Positions 55,561 through 64,000 of a stretch of DNA of 64,000 bases are shown here, in pieces; position 1 is the stretch's first letter; each line of letters starts with the position of its first letter. The notes beneath the pieces are model-generated. The model did not search any database. It saw nothing but the letters and a program-made list of their open reading frames with translations, and was not told the origin of the DNA. The stretch is from NCBI GenBank assembly GCA_963975775.1, contig CAXBIF010000001.1, forward strand, positions 267,413 to 331,412. The letters are read 5' to 3'. The position numbers were made by a program, and so were the translations under genes. This stretch comes from an uncultured Herminiimonas sp. Lineage in GTDB: Bacteria; Pseudomonadota; Gammaproteobacteria; Burkholderiales; Burkholderiaceae_D.

Positions 55561-56172
55561 ATGATGGTTTTATACTCGGGCACAACTTGCCCATTTTCGC
55601 AGCGCTGCCGTCTCGTTTTGTTTGAGAAAGGCATGGATTTTGAGATTCGCGACGTCGACTTGTTCAACAAGCCGGAAGACATCTCGACCATGAATCCTTA
55701 CGGTCAAGTACCTATCTTGGTCGAGCGTGATCTGGTTCTGTACGAATCCAATATCATCAATGAATACATTGATGAGCGTTTTCCACATCCACAATTGATG
55801 CCAGCTGATCCATTGATGCGTGCACGTGCACGTTTGATGTTGTTCAATTTTGAAAAAGAATTGTTCGTTCATGTGCACACGTTGGAAAACGACAAAGGTC
55901 GCAGCGGCGAAAAGATACAAGAAAAAGCGCGCAATGAAATTCGCGATCGCCTCACCACGCTGGCGCCATTGTTCTTGAAAAACAAGTACATGTTGGATGA
56001 CGAATTCTCGATGCTGGATGTCGCGATCGCGCCTTTGTTGTGGCGTCTCGATCATTACGGCATTGAACTGTCGAAAACGGCAGCACCATTGATGAAATAT
56101 GCGGAGCGGATTTTTTCTCGCCCTGCCTACATCGAAGCATTGACGCCGTCCGAGAAAGTTATGCGTCGTTAA
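55561..56172 (+). CDS. sspA: Stringent starvation protein A
   Basis: GST fold, NPYGQVP, YESNIINEYIDERFPHP, APLLWRL. Confidence 0.96.
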   Translation: MMVLYSGTTCPFSQRCRLVLFEKGMDFEIRDVDLFNKPEDISTMNPYGQVPILVERDLVLYESNIINEYIDERFPHPQLMPADPLMRARARLMLFNFEKELFVHVHTLENDKGRSGEKIQEKARNEIRDRLTTLAPLFLKNKYMLDDEFSMLDVAIAPLLWRLDHYGIELSKTAAPLMKYAERIFSRPAYIEALTPSEKVMRR

Positions 56173-56272
56173 TTTGATGTTCTAAGTCGAGCGGATCGTG
56201 ATTGGCTATAATGGCAAATCACGATCCGTTTTTTTTCGTCCCGTTTTTAATTGCAAGGTGCTGTATTTGAAT

Positions 56273-56827
56273 ATGTCTGAAACGTCGACCAAGCCTTATT
56301 TGCTGCGTGCCATCTACGAGTGGTGTACCGACAACGGCTATACACCCCACATCGCCGCGGTGGTGGATGGCGCAACCAAGGTACCAATGCAGTTCGTCAA
56401 GAATGGTGAAATCGTCTTGAATATCAGCTTCAGCGCGACTAGCGGGCTCAAAATGGATAACGATGTGGTTCGCTTTAGCGCACGTTTTGGCGGCGTCTCA
56501 CGCGACTTGTCGATTCCGGTCGACAATGTAATCGCGATCTACGCGCGTGAAAATGGTCAAGGGATGGCATTTGAAGCAACGAATAATTTGGATGCGCATA
56601 AAAATGCGGATCAAGAACAGAATCAAGGCGCCAACCAAGCAACCGTGCTGACTGCGGTAGAGCGCGCCGATGCACCTGATGCGGAGACTGTCACAGCGAC
56701 TGCTCCGACCTTAGCATCAGTGCCTTCGATGCAGAATAAGCAAGACGACAAAGGCGATAATGAGGGTGATGTTCCACCAGAACCACCAAAAAAAGGTGGA
56801 AGGCCTACTCTCACGCGCATTAAATAG
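56273..56827 (+). CDS. sspB: ClpXP adaptor, stringent starvation protein B
   Basis: PYLLRAIYEWCTDN, ARFGG, IYARENGQG, PTLTRIK tail. Confidence 0.96.
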   Translation: MSETSTKPYLLRAIYEWCTDNGYTPHIAAVVDGATKVPMQFVKNGEIVLNISFSATSGLKMDNDVVRFSARFGGVSRDLSIPVDNVIAIYARENGQGMAFEATNNLDAHKNADQEQNQGANQATVLTAVERADAPDAETVTATAPTLASVPSMQNKQDDKGDNEGDVPPEPPKKGGRPTLTRIK

Positions 56828-56851
56828 GTATAATTCTGCACTGAAAGTTTC

Positions 56852-56927
<76 letters not shown>

Positions 56928-56930
56928 AAC

Positions 56931-56967
56931 AAAAGCCCTTTACGTTGTCGTGACGTAAAGGGCTTTT
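56931..56967. terminator. Bidirectional terminator (tRNA / msrA)
   Basis: AAAAGCCCTTTACGT...ACGTAAAGGGCTTTT. Confidence 0.88.
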
Positions 56968-57057
56968 CCAATTGCATAGTCAGGCGTGTACGCTAGCGTT
57001 TGATTTAACTTTTCCCCGCTATGCGGTCGATGAATATAGATCGCATTACGCCGATCG

Positions 57058-57777
57058 TCATAACGATTTGGCTCTTTCCAAAGTTGCGGCCTCTTCTACA
57101 TAAAAGTTTGGCAGCAATTTTTTAAGGTTGGCAATTTTCGGCAGGTCGTGGATGACGATATACGGCGCGCGCGGATTGCGGATCAGATAATCCTGGTGAT
57201 AATCCTCAGCCGGATAAAATGCTTTTAATGGGCTCACTTCAGTCACGATCGCGCGACGAAACACATTTGCTTTATCCAATTGCGCGATATAGCTGGTAGC
57301 GATGTTCTTTTGCGCGTCGTTGCTATAAAAAATCGCGGAGCGATATTGAGTACCGCTATCTGGTCCCTGTCGATTCAATTGAGTTGGATCGTGCGCGACA
57401 GAGAAAAATACCTGTAGTAACTCGCCATAAGAAACCTGGGCAGGATCGTAGGTTATTTGGATAGACTCCGCATGGCCGGTACGTCCCGATCCGATTGCTT
57501 CATAACGAGCGGTCGACGCATCGCCCCCAGAGTAACCTGACAATACCTTGCGTACGCCACGCACATGTTCAAACACACCTTGCGTACCCCAGAAGCAGCC
57601 GCCCGCAAAGACCACGGTTTGCAACGGTCCTTTGACCTTGTTTGCGTCAATCGTGGGTGCGGAAATTGTGGTTGCGGACTCAGCTGCGCGTGGCATATTC
57701 CAGGCGATGCCACCAGCCAAACCAAGCGGGATTAAAAGTAAGCCCACCCATGTTTTATTTATAACGGGAAATTTCAT
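57058..57777 (-). CDS. msrA: Exported peptide-methionine (S)-S-oxide reductase
   Basis: GGCFWG, GHAE, AEDYHQDY; N-terminal hydrophobic signal/anchor; start placed at ATG 57777. Confidence 0.95.
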   Translation of the reverse strand: MKFPVINKTWVGLLLIPLGLAGGIAWNMPRAAESATTISAPTIDANKVKGPLQTVVFAGGCFWGTQGVFEHVRGVRKVLSGYSGGDASTARYEAIGSGRTGHAESIQITYDPAQVSYGELLQVFFSVAHDPTQLNRQGPDSGTQYRSAIFYSNDAQKNIATSYIAQLDKANVFRRAIVTEVSPLKAFYPAEDYHQDYLIRNPRAPYIVIHDLPKIANLKKLLPNFYVEEAATLERAKSL

Positions 57778-57852
57778 TTCAAACTCCTGCAAAAAGAAGT
57801 GACGCAATTGAACGGTTCGCCAACGTAAAGCACCCAATCAAGCAAAGCATCA

Positions 57853-58449
57853 TCAAGCGCGTGCAGCAAAACGTAGGGCTACCGAATTCATGCAATAGCG
57901 CAATCGCGTCGGTAATGGACCATCGTTGAATACATGTCCTAAGTGAGCGTCGCAGCGATTGCACGAAATTGCGTCGCGACGCATGCCGTAGCTATTATCG
58001 GAACTCTTGATGACATTATTGGCAGAAATTTTTTGCCAAAAGCTTGGCCAGCCGGTACGTGAATCATATTTAGTCTTGGAGTCAAACAGCGCAGTGTCGC
58101 AGCAGATACAACGATACAGGCCATCACCTTTATTATTCAAAAGTTCGCCAGTGTAGGAACGCTCAGTGCCGGAGCGACGCGTGACTAAAAACGCCTGCCG
58201 CGATAGCTGCTTCAACCATTGCTCATCTGTTTTGACAATCTTGGGAACCCGCGTCGTTTTCTCTAGCGTGCCGGCTGCCGAGAAAATATCGATTTCGACA
58301 TTGTCTGCGGCGGTTGCAGTTGTGCTCGCTGATAGTGCGGTGCGCGGCAACGCAGTGAGTGCGAATGCGGCAAGGCCGAGCCGCAGGGCGGCGCGACGTG
58401 GCATGGGCAGCGTGCCTGACGCAGTTGGATTGTCCTGTTTCTTTTGCAT
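57853..58449 (-). CDS. msrB: Exported peptide-methionine (R)-S-oxide reductase
   Basis: Tat-like RRAALR leader, CxxC pairs, GWPSF, HLGHVF, RYCMNS. Confidence 0.95.
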   Translation of the reverse strand: MQKKQDNPTASGTLPMPRRAALRLGLAAFALTALPRTALSASTTATAADNVEIDIFSAAGTLEKTTRVPKIVKTDEQWLKQLSRQAFLVTRRSGTERSYTGELLNNKGDGLYRCICCDTALFDSKTKYDSRTGWPSFWQKISANNVIKSSDNSYGMRRDAISCNRCDAHLGHVFNDGPLPTRLRYCMNSVALRFAARA

Positions 58450-58767
58450 ATGATCTCCTTGCTTATCGCTTTAATACACTACGAGCAACAAACAGCTTAT
58501 TTATCAACTATTTGAACGTAACTGGTCTGTGCACTTACTCGAGCAAAAATAAAATCGGCGATAACAAATGCCGTCTCCTCTATTACTTCGCTCAATAGAC
58601 AGAATCGTTACAGTGCAACAGGAAAAAAAAGCAGGGGAGGCAATCAGTTTATAACTGCGGGCAGCAGCGGCGGAGGGATAAAGAGACGCTTCGCTGTGGG
58701 GAGTAGCAGATATACAAAAAAGCACGGGCAAAAAAGCTACGCAAGAACTTAAAAAATATTGTGCAAA

Positions 58768-59379
58768 TTAGACGGAGGCTTTTAAGCCGACCCAACGTGG
58801 TGTGAGTGTGTGCGGAACGTCAAATAAATCCAGCACGCGCCCTATCGTATGGTCGACCATTTCATTGATCGATGCTGGATGGTGATAAAAACCCGGCAGC
58901 GGTGGGAAAATGATGCCGCCCATTTCGGTGACAGCAGTCATATTGCGCAGGTGTGCGAGATTGAATGGCGTTTCACGCACCATCAATACGAGACGACGGC
59001 GCTCTTTCAACACGACATCGGCGGCGCGCGCAATCAGATTATCGGACAATGCATGTGCTACCGCAGCCAGCGTCTTCATTGAGCAGGGAGCTACGATCAT
59101 GCCATCTGATTGGAAAGATCCACTGGCGATCGAGGCACCAACGTCGCGCACATTGTGTACGCAATCCGATAGCGCTTCGACATCTTTACGATTCATGTCC
59201 AGCTCTTGATGCAGGTTTAAAACGCCTGCTTCAGAAATCATTAAATGGGTTTCGATGTGCGGCATAGCATGCAGCACTTGCAGCAGACGCACGCCATAAA
59301 TGACGCCAGTCGCACCAGTGATCGCAATCACCAAACGCTGGCGTCGCGGCGATGCACTGTCGCCTGCTGCGGCGCTCAT
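58768..59379 (-). CDS. ubiX: Flavin prenyltransferase
   Basis: AITGATG, IASGSF, PCSMKT, LKERRRLVLMVRETP. Confidence 0.96.
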   Translation of the reverse strand: MSAAAGDSASPRRQRLVIAITGATGVIYGVRLLQVLHAMPHIETHLMISEAGVLNLHQELDMNRKDVEALSDCVHNVRDVGASIASGSFQSDGMIVAPCSMKTLAAVAHALSDNLIARAADVVLKERRRLVLMVRETPFNLAHLRNMTAVTEMGGIIFPPLPGFYHHPASINEMVDHTIGRVLDLFDVPHTLTPRWVGLKASV

Positions 59380-59694
59380 TTATGCTTTCAGCACGGTCTG
59401 CAGTTCGCCTGACTCAAACATTTCCGTCATGATGTCAGTGCCGCCGACGAATTCGCCTTTGACATACAACTGTGGCACGGTCGGCCATTGCGAGAAATCT
59501 TTGATGCCTTGACGTACTTCGTTATCGTCCAGCACATTAATCGTAATCAAGTCTTGCACGCCGCTGGCTTTCAACAATTGAATTGCTTTGCCAGAAAAAC
59601 CGCATTGCGGAAATTGTGCCGTGCCCTTCATGAATAAAACCACAGGGTTTTGGGTTACGGTTTCTTTGATCCAGGTTTGTACGTCGTCGCTCAT
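59380..59694 (-). CDS. grxD: Monothiol glutaredoxin (Grx4 family)
   Basis: FMKG...[12 protein letters not shown]; start placed at ATG 59694. Confidence 0.96.
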   Translation of the reverse strand: MSDDVQTWIKETVTQNPVVLFMKGTAQFPQCGFSGKAIQLLKASGVQDLITINVLDDNEVRQGIKDFSQWPTVPQLYVKGEFVGGTDIMTEMFESGELQTVLKA

Positions 59695-59827
59695 TGCTGC
59701 CTCGTTGGTGGTTGGTGTTGCGGTTTCAATGTTGCCATTATAGGAAAAAGCGAGTCTTTCTGCTGACCAATGTTGCAAGTGCTGGCGGGCGCGCTCAGAC
59801 GCGCATTCGCTCTTGTTCGGGCAGGTG

Positions 59828-62179
59828 TCACGATTTCAATTTCGCAAACGCCGCTGCCATTGCGCCGCCCGCTTCTGGCTGGCGCACCGCTTGCTGCTGG
59901 CGGTGTTGCCCTAAGCGCTTACTATCGTCGCGATCACCTCGTTGAGCAGGCTTACTGCCAGCTTCCGGCGGGCTATCCGTTAGGCGCATGGTGAGCGCAA
60001 TACGTTTGCGCTTTTCATCCACTTCAAGCACCTTCACCTTGACCACCTGACCGGCTTTGACCACCATGTGCGGATCTTTGACAAAGGTGTTGGATAGCGC
60101 CGAGATATGTACCAAGCCATCCTGATGCACGCCAATGTCGACAAAGGCGCCAAACGCCGCCACATTGGTTACCACGCCTTCTAAAATCATATCGGGACGC
60201 AGATCACGCATTTCTTCGACGCCATCCTTAAAGGTCGCTGTGGTGAACTCAGGACGGGGATCGCGGCCCGGTTTTTCCAACTCGCTCAAGATGTCGCTAA
60301 TCGTTGGTACACCAAACTGTTCATCTGCATATTTGGCCGGATTCAGCGATTTCAACAGCTTGCCGTCCCCGATAATACTTTTGACATCTTTTTGGATGTC
60401 AGCAAGGATTTTTTCGACCAAGGGATACGATTCTGGATGCACCGCTGACGCATCCAGTGGATTGTCGCTATTCATCACGCGTAAAAAGCCCGCCGCCTGC
60501 TCAAAGGTCTTGTCGCCCAAGCGCGGTACTGCGCGCAAGTCAGCGCGTGAGGTGAACATCCCTTTCAGATCGCGATAGCTGACAATGTTGCTGGCGACGC
60601 TGCTATTAAGGCCGGAGACGCGGGCTAGTAGCGGCGCCGAAGCCGTGTTGACATCAACCCCCACCGCGTTCACACAATCCTCCACCACGGCGTCCAGCGA
60701 GCGTGCCAATTGAGATTGGCCGACATCGTGCTGATACTGGCCGACGCCAATTGATTTTGGATCGATCTTTACCAACTCCGCCAGTGGGTCTTGCAAGCGG
60801 CGCGCGATCGAGACCGCACCGCGTATCGACACATCCATATCCGGCAATTCGCGTGACGCAAATTCCGAGGCGGAATACACGGAGGCACCGGCTTCTGACA
60901 CTACAATTTTGGTCAGCTTTAATTCTGGTCGCAGCTTGATTAAATCTTGCGCCAGTTTATCGGTCTCGCGTGAAGCGGTACCGTTGCCGATTGAGATCAA
61001 CGCCACTTGATGTTTCGCGGCCAATTGCGCCAACGTGTGCAGTGAGCCATCCCAATCATTGCGCGGTTGATGCGGATAAATGGTGGCGGTATCGACGACT
61101 TTACCGGTCGCATCGACCACCGCCACTTTGACGCCGGTACGTAAACCCGGATCCAGTCCCATCGTCGCGCGCGGGCCAGCAGGTGCGGCGAGCAACAGCG
61201 ATTTCAAATTCAGCGCAAAAACATGGATGGCCTCGACCTCTGCTTTTTCGCGCAACTGGCTCATCAACTCGGTTTCCAGATGCATAAACACTTTAACGCG
61301 CCAGGTCCAACGCACGGTATCCGCTAACCACTTATCTGCTGGACGTCCCTGATTGCTGATGCTAAAGCGAGAGGCAATACGGCCTTCACATGGATTGTGC
61401 GGCGCATCCCATTTTGGTTTTTCTTCTTCGGTGTCCAGACGCAAATTAACGTTAAGCATTTCTTCACGTCGTCCACGGAACAATGCCAGCGCACGATGCG
61501 ATGGAATGCTGTTGATGCCCTCAGAATAATCAAAGTAATCAGCAAACTTGGCGCCAGCGTCTTGTTTGCCTTCCACCACTTTTGATTCGACGATGCCGTG
61601 CTCGGTCAGATATTCGCGCAGCGCTTGCAACAACTCTGCATCTTCGGCAAAACGCTCCATCAAAATCTGGCGCGCACCATCGAGCGCTGCCTTGGTATCA
61701 GCAACACCAGGATTGTCGATGCCATCGGTGGTGAAGGCTGGCTTTAAATATTTCTCGGCCTCGGTTTCTGGGTTGAGCGTCGGATCATGCAGCAAAGCAT
61801 CGGCCAGTTCCGTCAGTCCCGCTTCGGCAGCAATTTGTGCCTTGGTGCGACGCTTTTGTTTGTACGGCAGATACAGATCTTCCAGCCGCGTCTTGTCTTC
61901 TGCATGCATGATGGCGTCGAGCAATACCGGCGTCATTTTGTTTTGTTCTTCAATCGAGGCGACGATTGCAGTGCGACGCGCTTCTAGTTCTCGCAGATAA
62001 CGTAGACGTTCTTCTAATAGACGCAGTTGGATATCGTCCAAACCGCCAGTCGCTTCTTTGCGATAGCGCGAGATAAAAGGGACGGTTGCACCTTCATCGA
62101 GTAAGGCGACGGCAGCAGCGACTTGGTTGGGTTTGGCAGCGAGTTCGAAGGCGAGACGTTGTTCGATTGACGGCAGCAT
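59828..62179 (-). CDS. tex: Tex family RNA-binding protein
   Basis: [39 protein letters not shown]-terminal S1 domain. Confidence 0.97.
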   Translation of the reverse strand: MLPSIEQRLAFELAAKPNQVAAAVALLDEGATVPFISRYRKEATGGLDDIQLRLLEERLRYLRELEARRTAIVASIEEQNKMTPVLLDAIMHAEDKTRLEDLYLPYKQKRRTKAQIAAEAGLTELADALLHDPTLNPETEAEKYLKPAFTTDGIDNPGVADTKAALDGARQILMERFAEDAELLQALREYLTEHGIVESKVVEGKQDAGAKFADYFDYSEGINSIPSHRALALFRGRREEMLNVNLRLDTEEEKPKWDAPHNPCEGRIASRFSISNQGRPADKWLADTVRWTWRVKVFMHLETELMSQLREKAEVEAIHVFALNLKSLLLAAPAGPRATMGLDPGLRTGVKVAVVDATGKVVDTATIYPHQPRNDWDGSLHTLAQLAAKHQVALISIGNGTASRETDKLAQDLIKLRPELKLTKIVVSEAGASVYSASEFASRELPDMDVSIRGAVSIARRLQDPLAELVKIDPKSIGVGQYQHDVGQSQLARSLDAVVEDCVNAVGVDVNTASAPLLARVSGLNSSVASNIVSYRDLKGMFTSRADLRAVPRLGDKTFEQAAGFLRVMNSDNPLDASAVHPESYPLVEKILADIQKDVKSIIGDGKLLKSLNPAKYADEQFGVPTISDILSELEKPGRDPRPEFTTATFKDGVEEMRDLRPDMILEGVVTNVAAFGAFVDIGVHQDGLVHISALSNTFVKDPHMVVKAGQVVKVKVLEVDEKRKRIALTMRLTDSPPEAGSKPAQRGDRDDSKRLGQHRQQQAVRQPEAGGAMAAAFAKLKS

Positions 62180-62302
62180 GAATTTTTTATTGGATGAGTA
62201 GAACGAGCGCTAGATGATACGCAAATTGGGGGAATGTGCCAGTCTTGACAGGCGGAGACTTTGTTGGTGACTGATGCGGTTGTTTCTTCGAACTAGCTTA
62301 GT

Positions 62303-62502
62303 GCCGGGGTAGCCCGGCGGCTACTCACTTTCTTTGCTTCGCCAAAGAAAGTAAGCAAAGAAAGGCGACCGCGAGCCGCTGCCCTTCGGGTTCCCATCGC
62401 TGCGCCGCAAAAAATGGGAAGTGAACGAAACTCGCCTGCGGCTCAAACAACGTTCACTTCTCGATCCATTTTCTGCAGCGCATCACTGGCAGCGTCACAG
62501 CG
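62303..62502. repeat. Multi-hairpin intergenic element (REP/MITE-like or structured RNA)
   Basis: ACTTTCTTTG/CAAAGAAAGT, GAAGTGAACG/CGTTCACTTC and further nested stems; cTTCGg loop. Confidence 0.7.
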
Positions 62503-62650
62503 ACAACATCGCCAGGTCTCGCCTGCGGCAACAGATGTGGAGCAATGTGTGCTTTATTTCAAGGAAATTTTGACCTATCACGCTAGAGGCTGCACATCGG
62601 CAAATTGTATGTCGCGTGTGTGCGTTGAATAACAAGATAGGTCGCGGCGA

Positions 62651-63160
62651 TTAAGAGTTAACTCTTGCATGTGCCTGTTGACGAATGGACTCCCTATTTC
62701 GATCATCTTCAACGATGGAGCCCAAGTATCTCTCCATTATGCAATTTACAATCGTTTTCAGGCTCTGTATTTCTCCGATTGCCTGTTCAAGCTCGCGTAG
62801 CGGTGCCTTGGAGTAGTCGACGTTAAGTTGATCTACCGATTCATTGATAGCGCTAAGGGATTCTTCATCTACCGTGTGTTGACGCACCCATCTCTCATAT
62901 GCGCCGGACTGGCGCATTCCCATAGCTGCTGCGACCGCATTTCGGGATCGTTTGGCACGAGCGAGTAGGTCAACCAAGTCTTCGGCTTTTTGAAACGCAT
63001 CTACTCCGGTCTTCATGATTTCAAGGCGCAACTCGAGCGCTTTGATTTCGTTCGTTTTGCGATAGCTTAAGTAACCCATGACGGCGCCAGCGATACCCGT
63101 TATGGTCCCTATCAAACCTGTGATTGCGCCGATATACGACAACAAATCAGTATTTTTCAT
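62651..63160 (-). CDS. Cassette-like ORF, hypothetical protein with N-terminal TM helix and helical/coiled-coil body
   Basis: ATG 16 nt after GTTAGGC with a GGAG RBS; IGAITGLIGTITGIAGAVMGYL TM segment. Confidence 0.7.
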   Translation of the reverse strand: MKNTDLLSYIGAITGLIGTITGIAGAVMGYLSYRKTNEIKALELRLEIMKTGVDAFQKAEDLVDLLARAKRSRNAVAAAMGMRQSGAYERWVRQHTVDEESLSAINESVDQLNVDYSKAPLRELEQAIGEIQSLKTIVNCIMERYLGSIVEDDRNRESIRQQAHARVNS

Positions 63161-63176
63161 ATGACTCCGATGGATG

Positions 63177-63311
63177 GCCTAACGTGTTTTATATAGCAAA
63201 AGTTATGGTTAACCTGGAAGGCGTTATATAACTCCGCCTACCTTTTCCATGGAAACCAGCATGGTTACTGCCTCAAACAAAGCGTTCTGTTCAAACGAGC
63301 AATAGTGAACA
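63177..63311 (-). other. Putative integron-type recombination site, copy 2
   Basis: Minus strand ends ...GCTATATAAAACACGTTAGGC; homologous to 8613-8743. Confidence 0.6.
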
Positions 63312-63356
63312 CTCAAACCTGTGCCGTTAAGTCTGTATCAGCACTAGGTTTTCTGA

Positions 63357-64000
63357 TTATTTCAAAGAAAAATCCACTCGAATCGTTGGTGCGGCCTTGT
63401 CATTCTTGGTATTGCTGGCACCGAGTTTGGATGCGAGGACAAAGATGCGTTCTGTTGGGACTTTACCTTCTGTCACCAACCAATTTTTAACACTCTGCGC
63501 GCGGCGATTTGCTAACGACATCAAGTTGTCGTCGGTGATGCTGGTGTTGTCCATTAGTAGCTTTTCCATCTCGGCGACGGGTAAATCTTTTTGTATGCCG
63601 ATGAAGTTGCGTTGCTTTTTAAAGTCGGCGTCTTTGTAGACGCGATCCAATAACTTTGGATATTCGGCGTCACTTACCTTGACTTGATCGGGGTCGGCGG
63701 ATTTACCGCTTTGTACGAGATCTTTCAACTTCAATGCTTTGACCTTGCGATCGATCGCGGCACGTTTGAGTCCGGCGGTGTCGACTTTTGGATCGGCGTG
63801 CGCGGTGATCTCCAGCTTCAAGGTAGGACGATCGACCAATGCTTTAGCAATCGTCTTGAGTTTATTCTCGCTCTTGCTATCGATTTTGGATTGACCGGCA
63901 TCAAACGGCAGGAAAGACAATTCTTCGCCACCGCCCAGCATCGAGCTGAGTAAGGCGAACGGTGCGGTGACAGCTTTGCTGAGCAGATTGACGATCACTT
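63357..64000 (-). CDS. C-terminal part of DUF748 / OmpA-like domain protein (runs off window end)
   Basis: KAVTAPFALLSSMLGGGEELS, RPTLKLEI, LANRRAQSVKNWL, RVDFSLK. Confidence 0.8.
   Translation of the reverse strand, partial: VIVNLLSKAVTAPFALLSSMLGGGEELSFLPFDAGQSKIDSKSENKLKTIAKALVDRPTLKLEITAHADPKVDTAGLKRAAIDRKVKALKLKDLVQSGKSADPDQVKVSDAEYPKLLDRVYKDADFKKQRNFIGIQKDLPVAEMEKLLMDNTSITDDNLMSLANRRAQSVKNWLVTEGKVPTERIFVLASKLGASNTKNDKAAPTIRVDFSLK

Noticed and set aside
58450-58767. sRNA candidate between ubiX and msrB (purine-rich GGAG/GGGA runs, A8 tract)
   Set aside because: No convincing stem-loops or terminator; may be just promoter and 3' UTR sequence.

Overview
A 64-kb stretch of a betaproteobacterial chromosome; gene order and protein sequences suggest Burkholderiales, probably Oxalobacteraceae (inference). 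Most of it is conserved housekeeping DNA: rpoN(partial)-lptBAC-kdsCD, a CPA2 antiporter, uvrA/MFS/ssb, gltBD, mlaFEDACB, yadGH-like ABC, bolA, murA, a his operon with no hisC, hit-tatABC, degQ, nif3, mscL, petABC-sspAB, tRNA-Thr(TGT), exported msrAB, ubiX, grxD, tex and a partial DUF748 gene. The most notable observation is a pair of homologous non-coding sites about 54 kb apart (8613-8743 on +, 63177-63311 on -; 47/61 identical without gaps over the 3' part by manual alignment). Each ends in the integron core site GTTAGGC and is followed directly by a single orphan ORF. The first ORF is a complete-looking gene cassette (HEPN-like protein closed by a 57-bp attC). No integrase gene was found in the window. 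Other points of interest: a Y1/HUH transposase homologue whose HUH motif is replaced by QLQ but which keeps inverted flanking motifs; an orphan beta-class DNA methyltransferase in the hisC slot; a nested multi-hairpin element of about 200 bp; a PAP2/MipA/two-component envelope module; and a 47-bp hairpin before murA. No CRISPR array, rRNA, prophage or intact IS was seen. All family assignments come from motif recognition, with no database searches.
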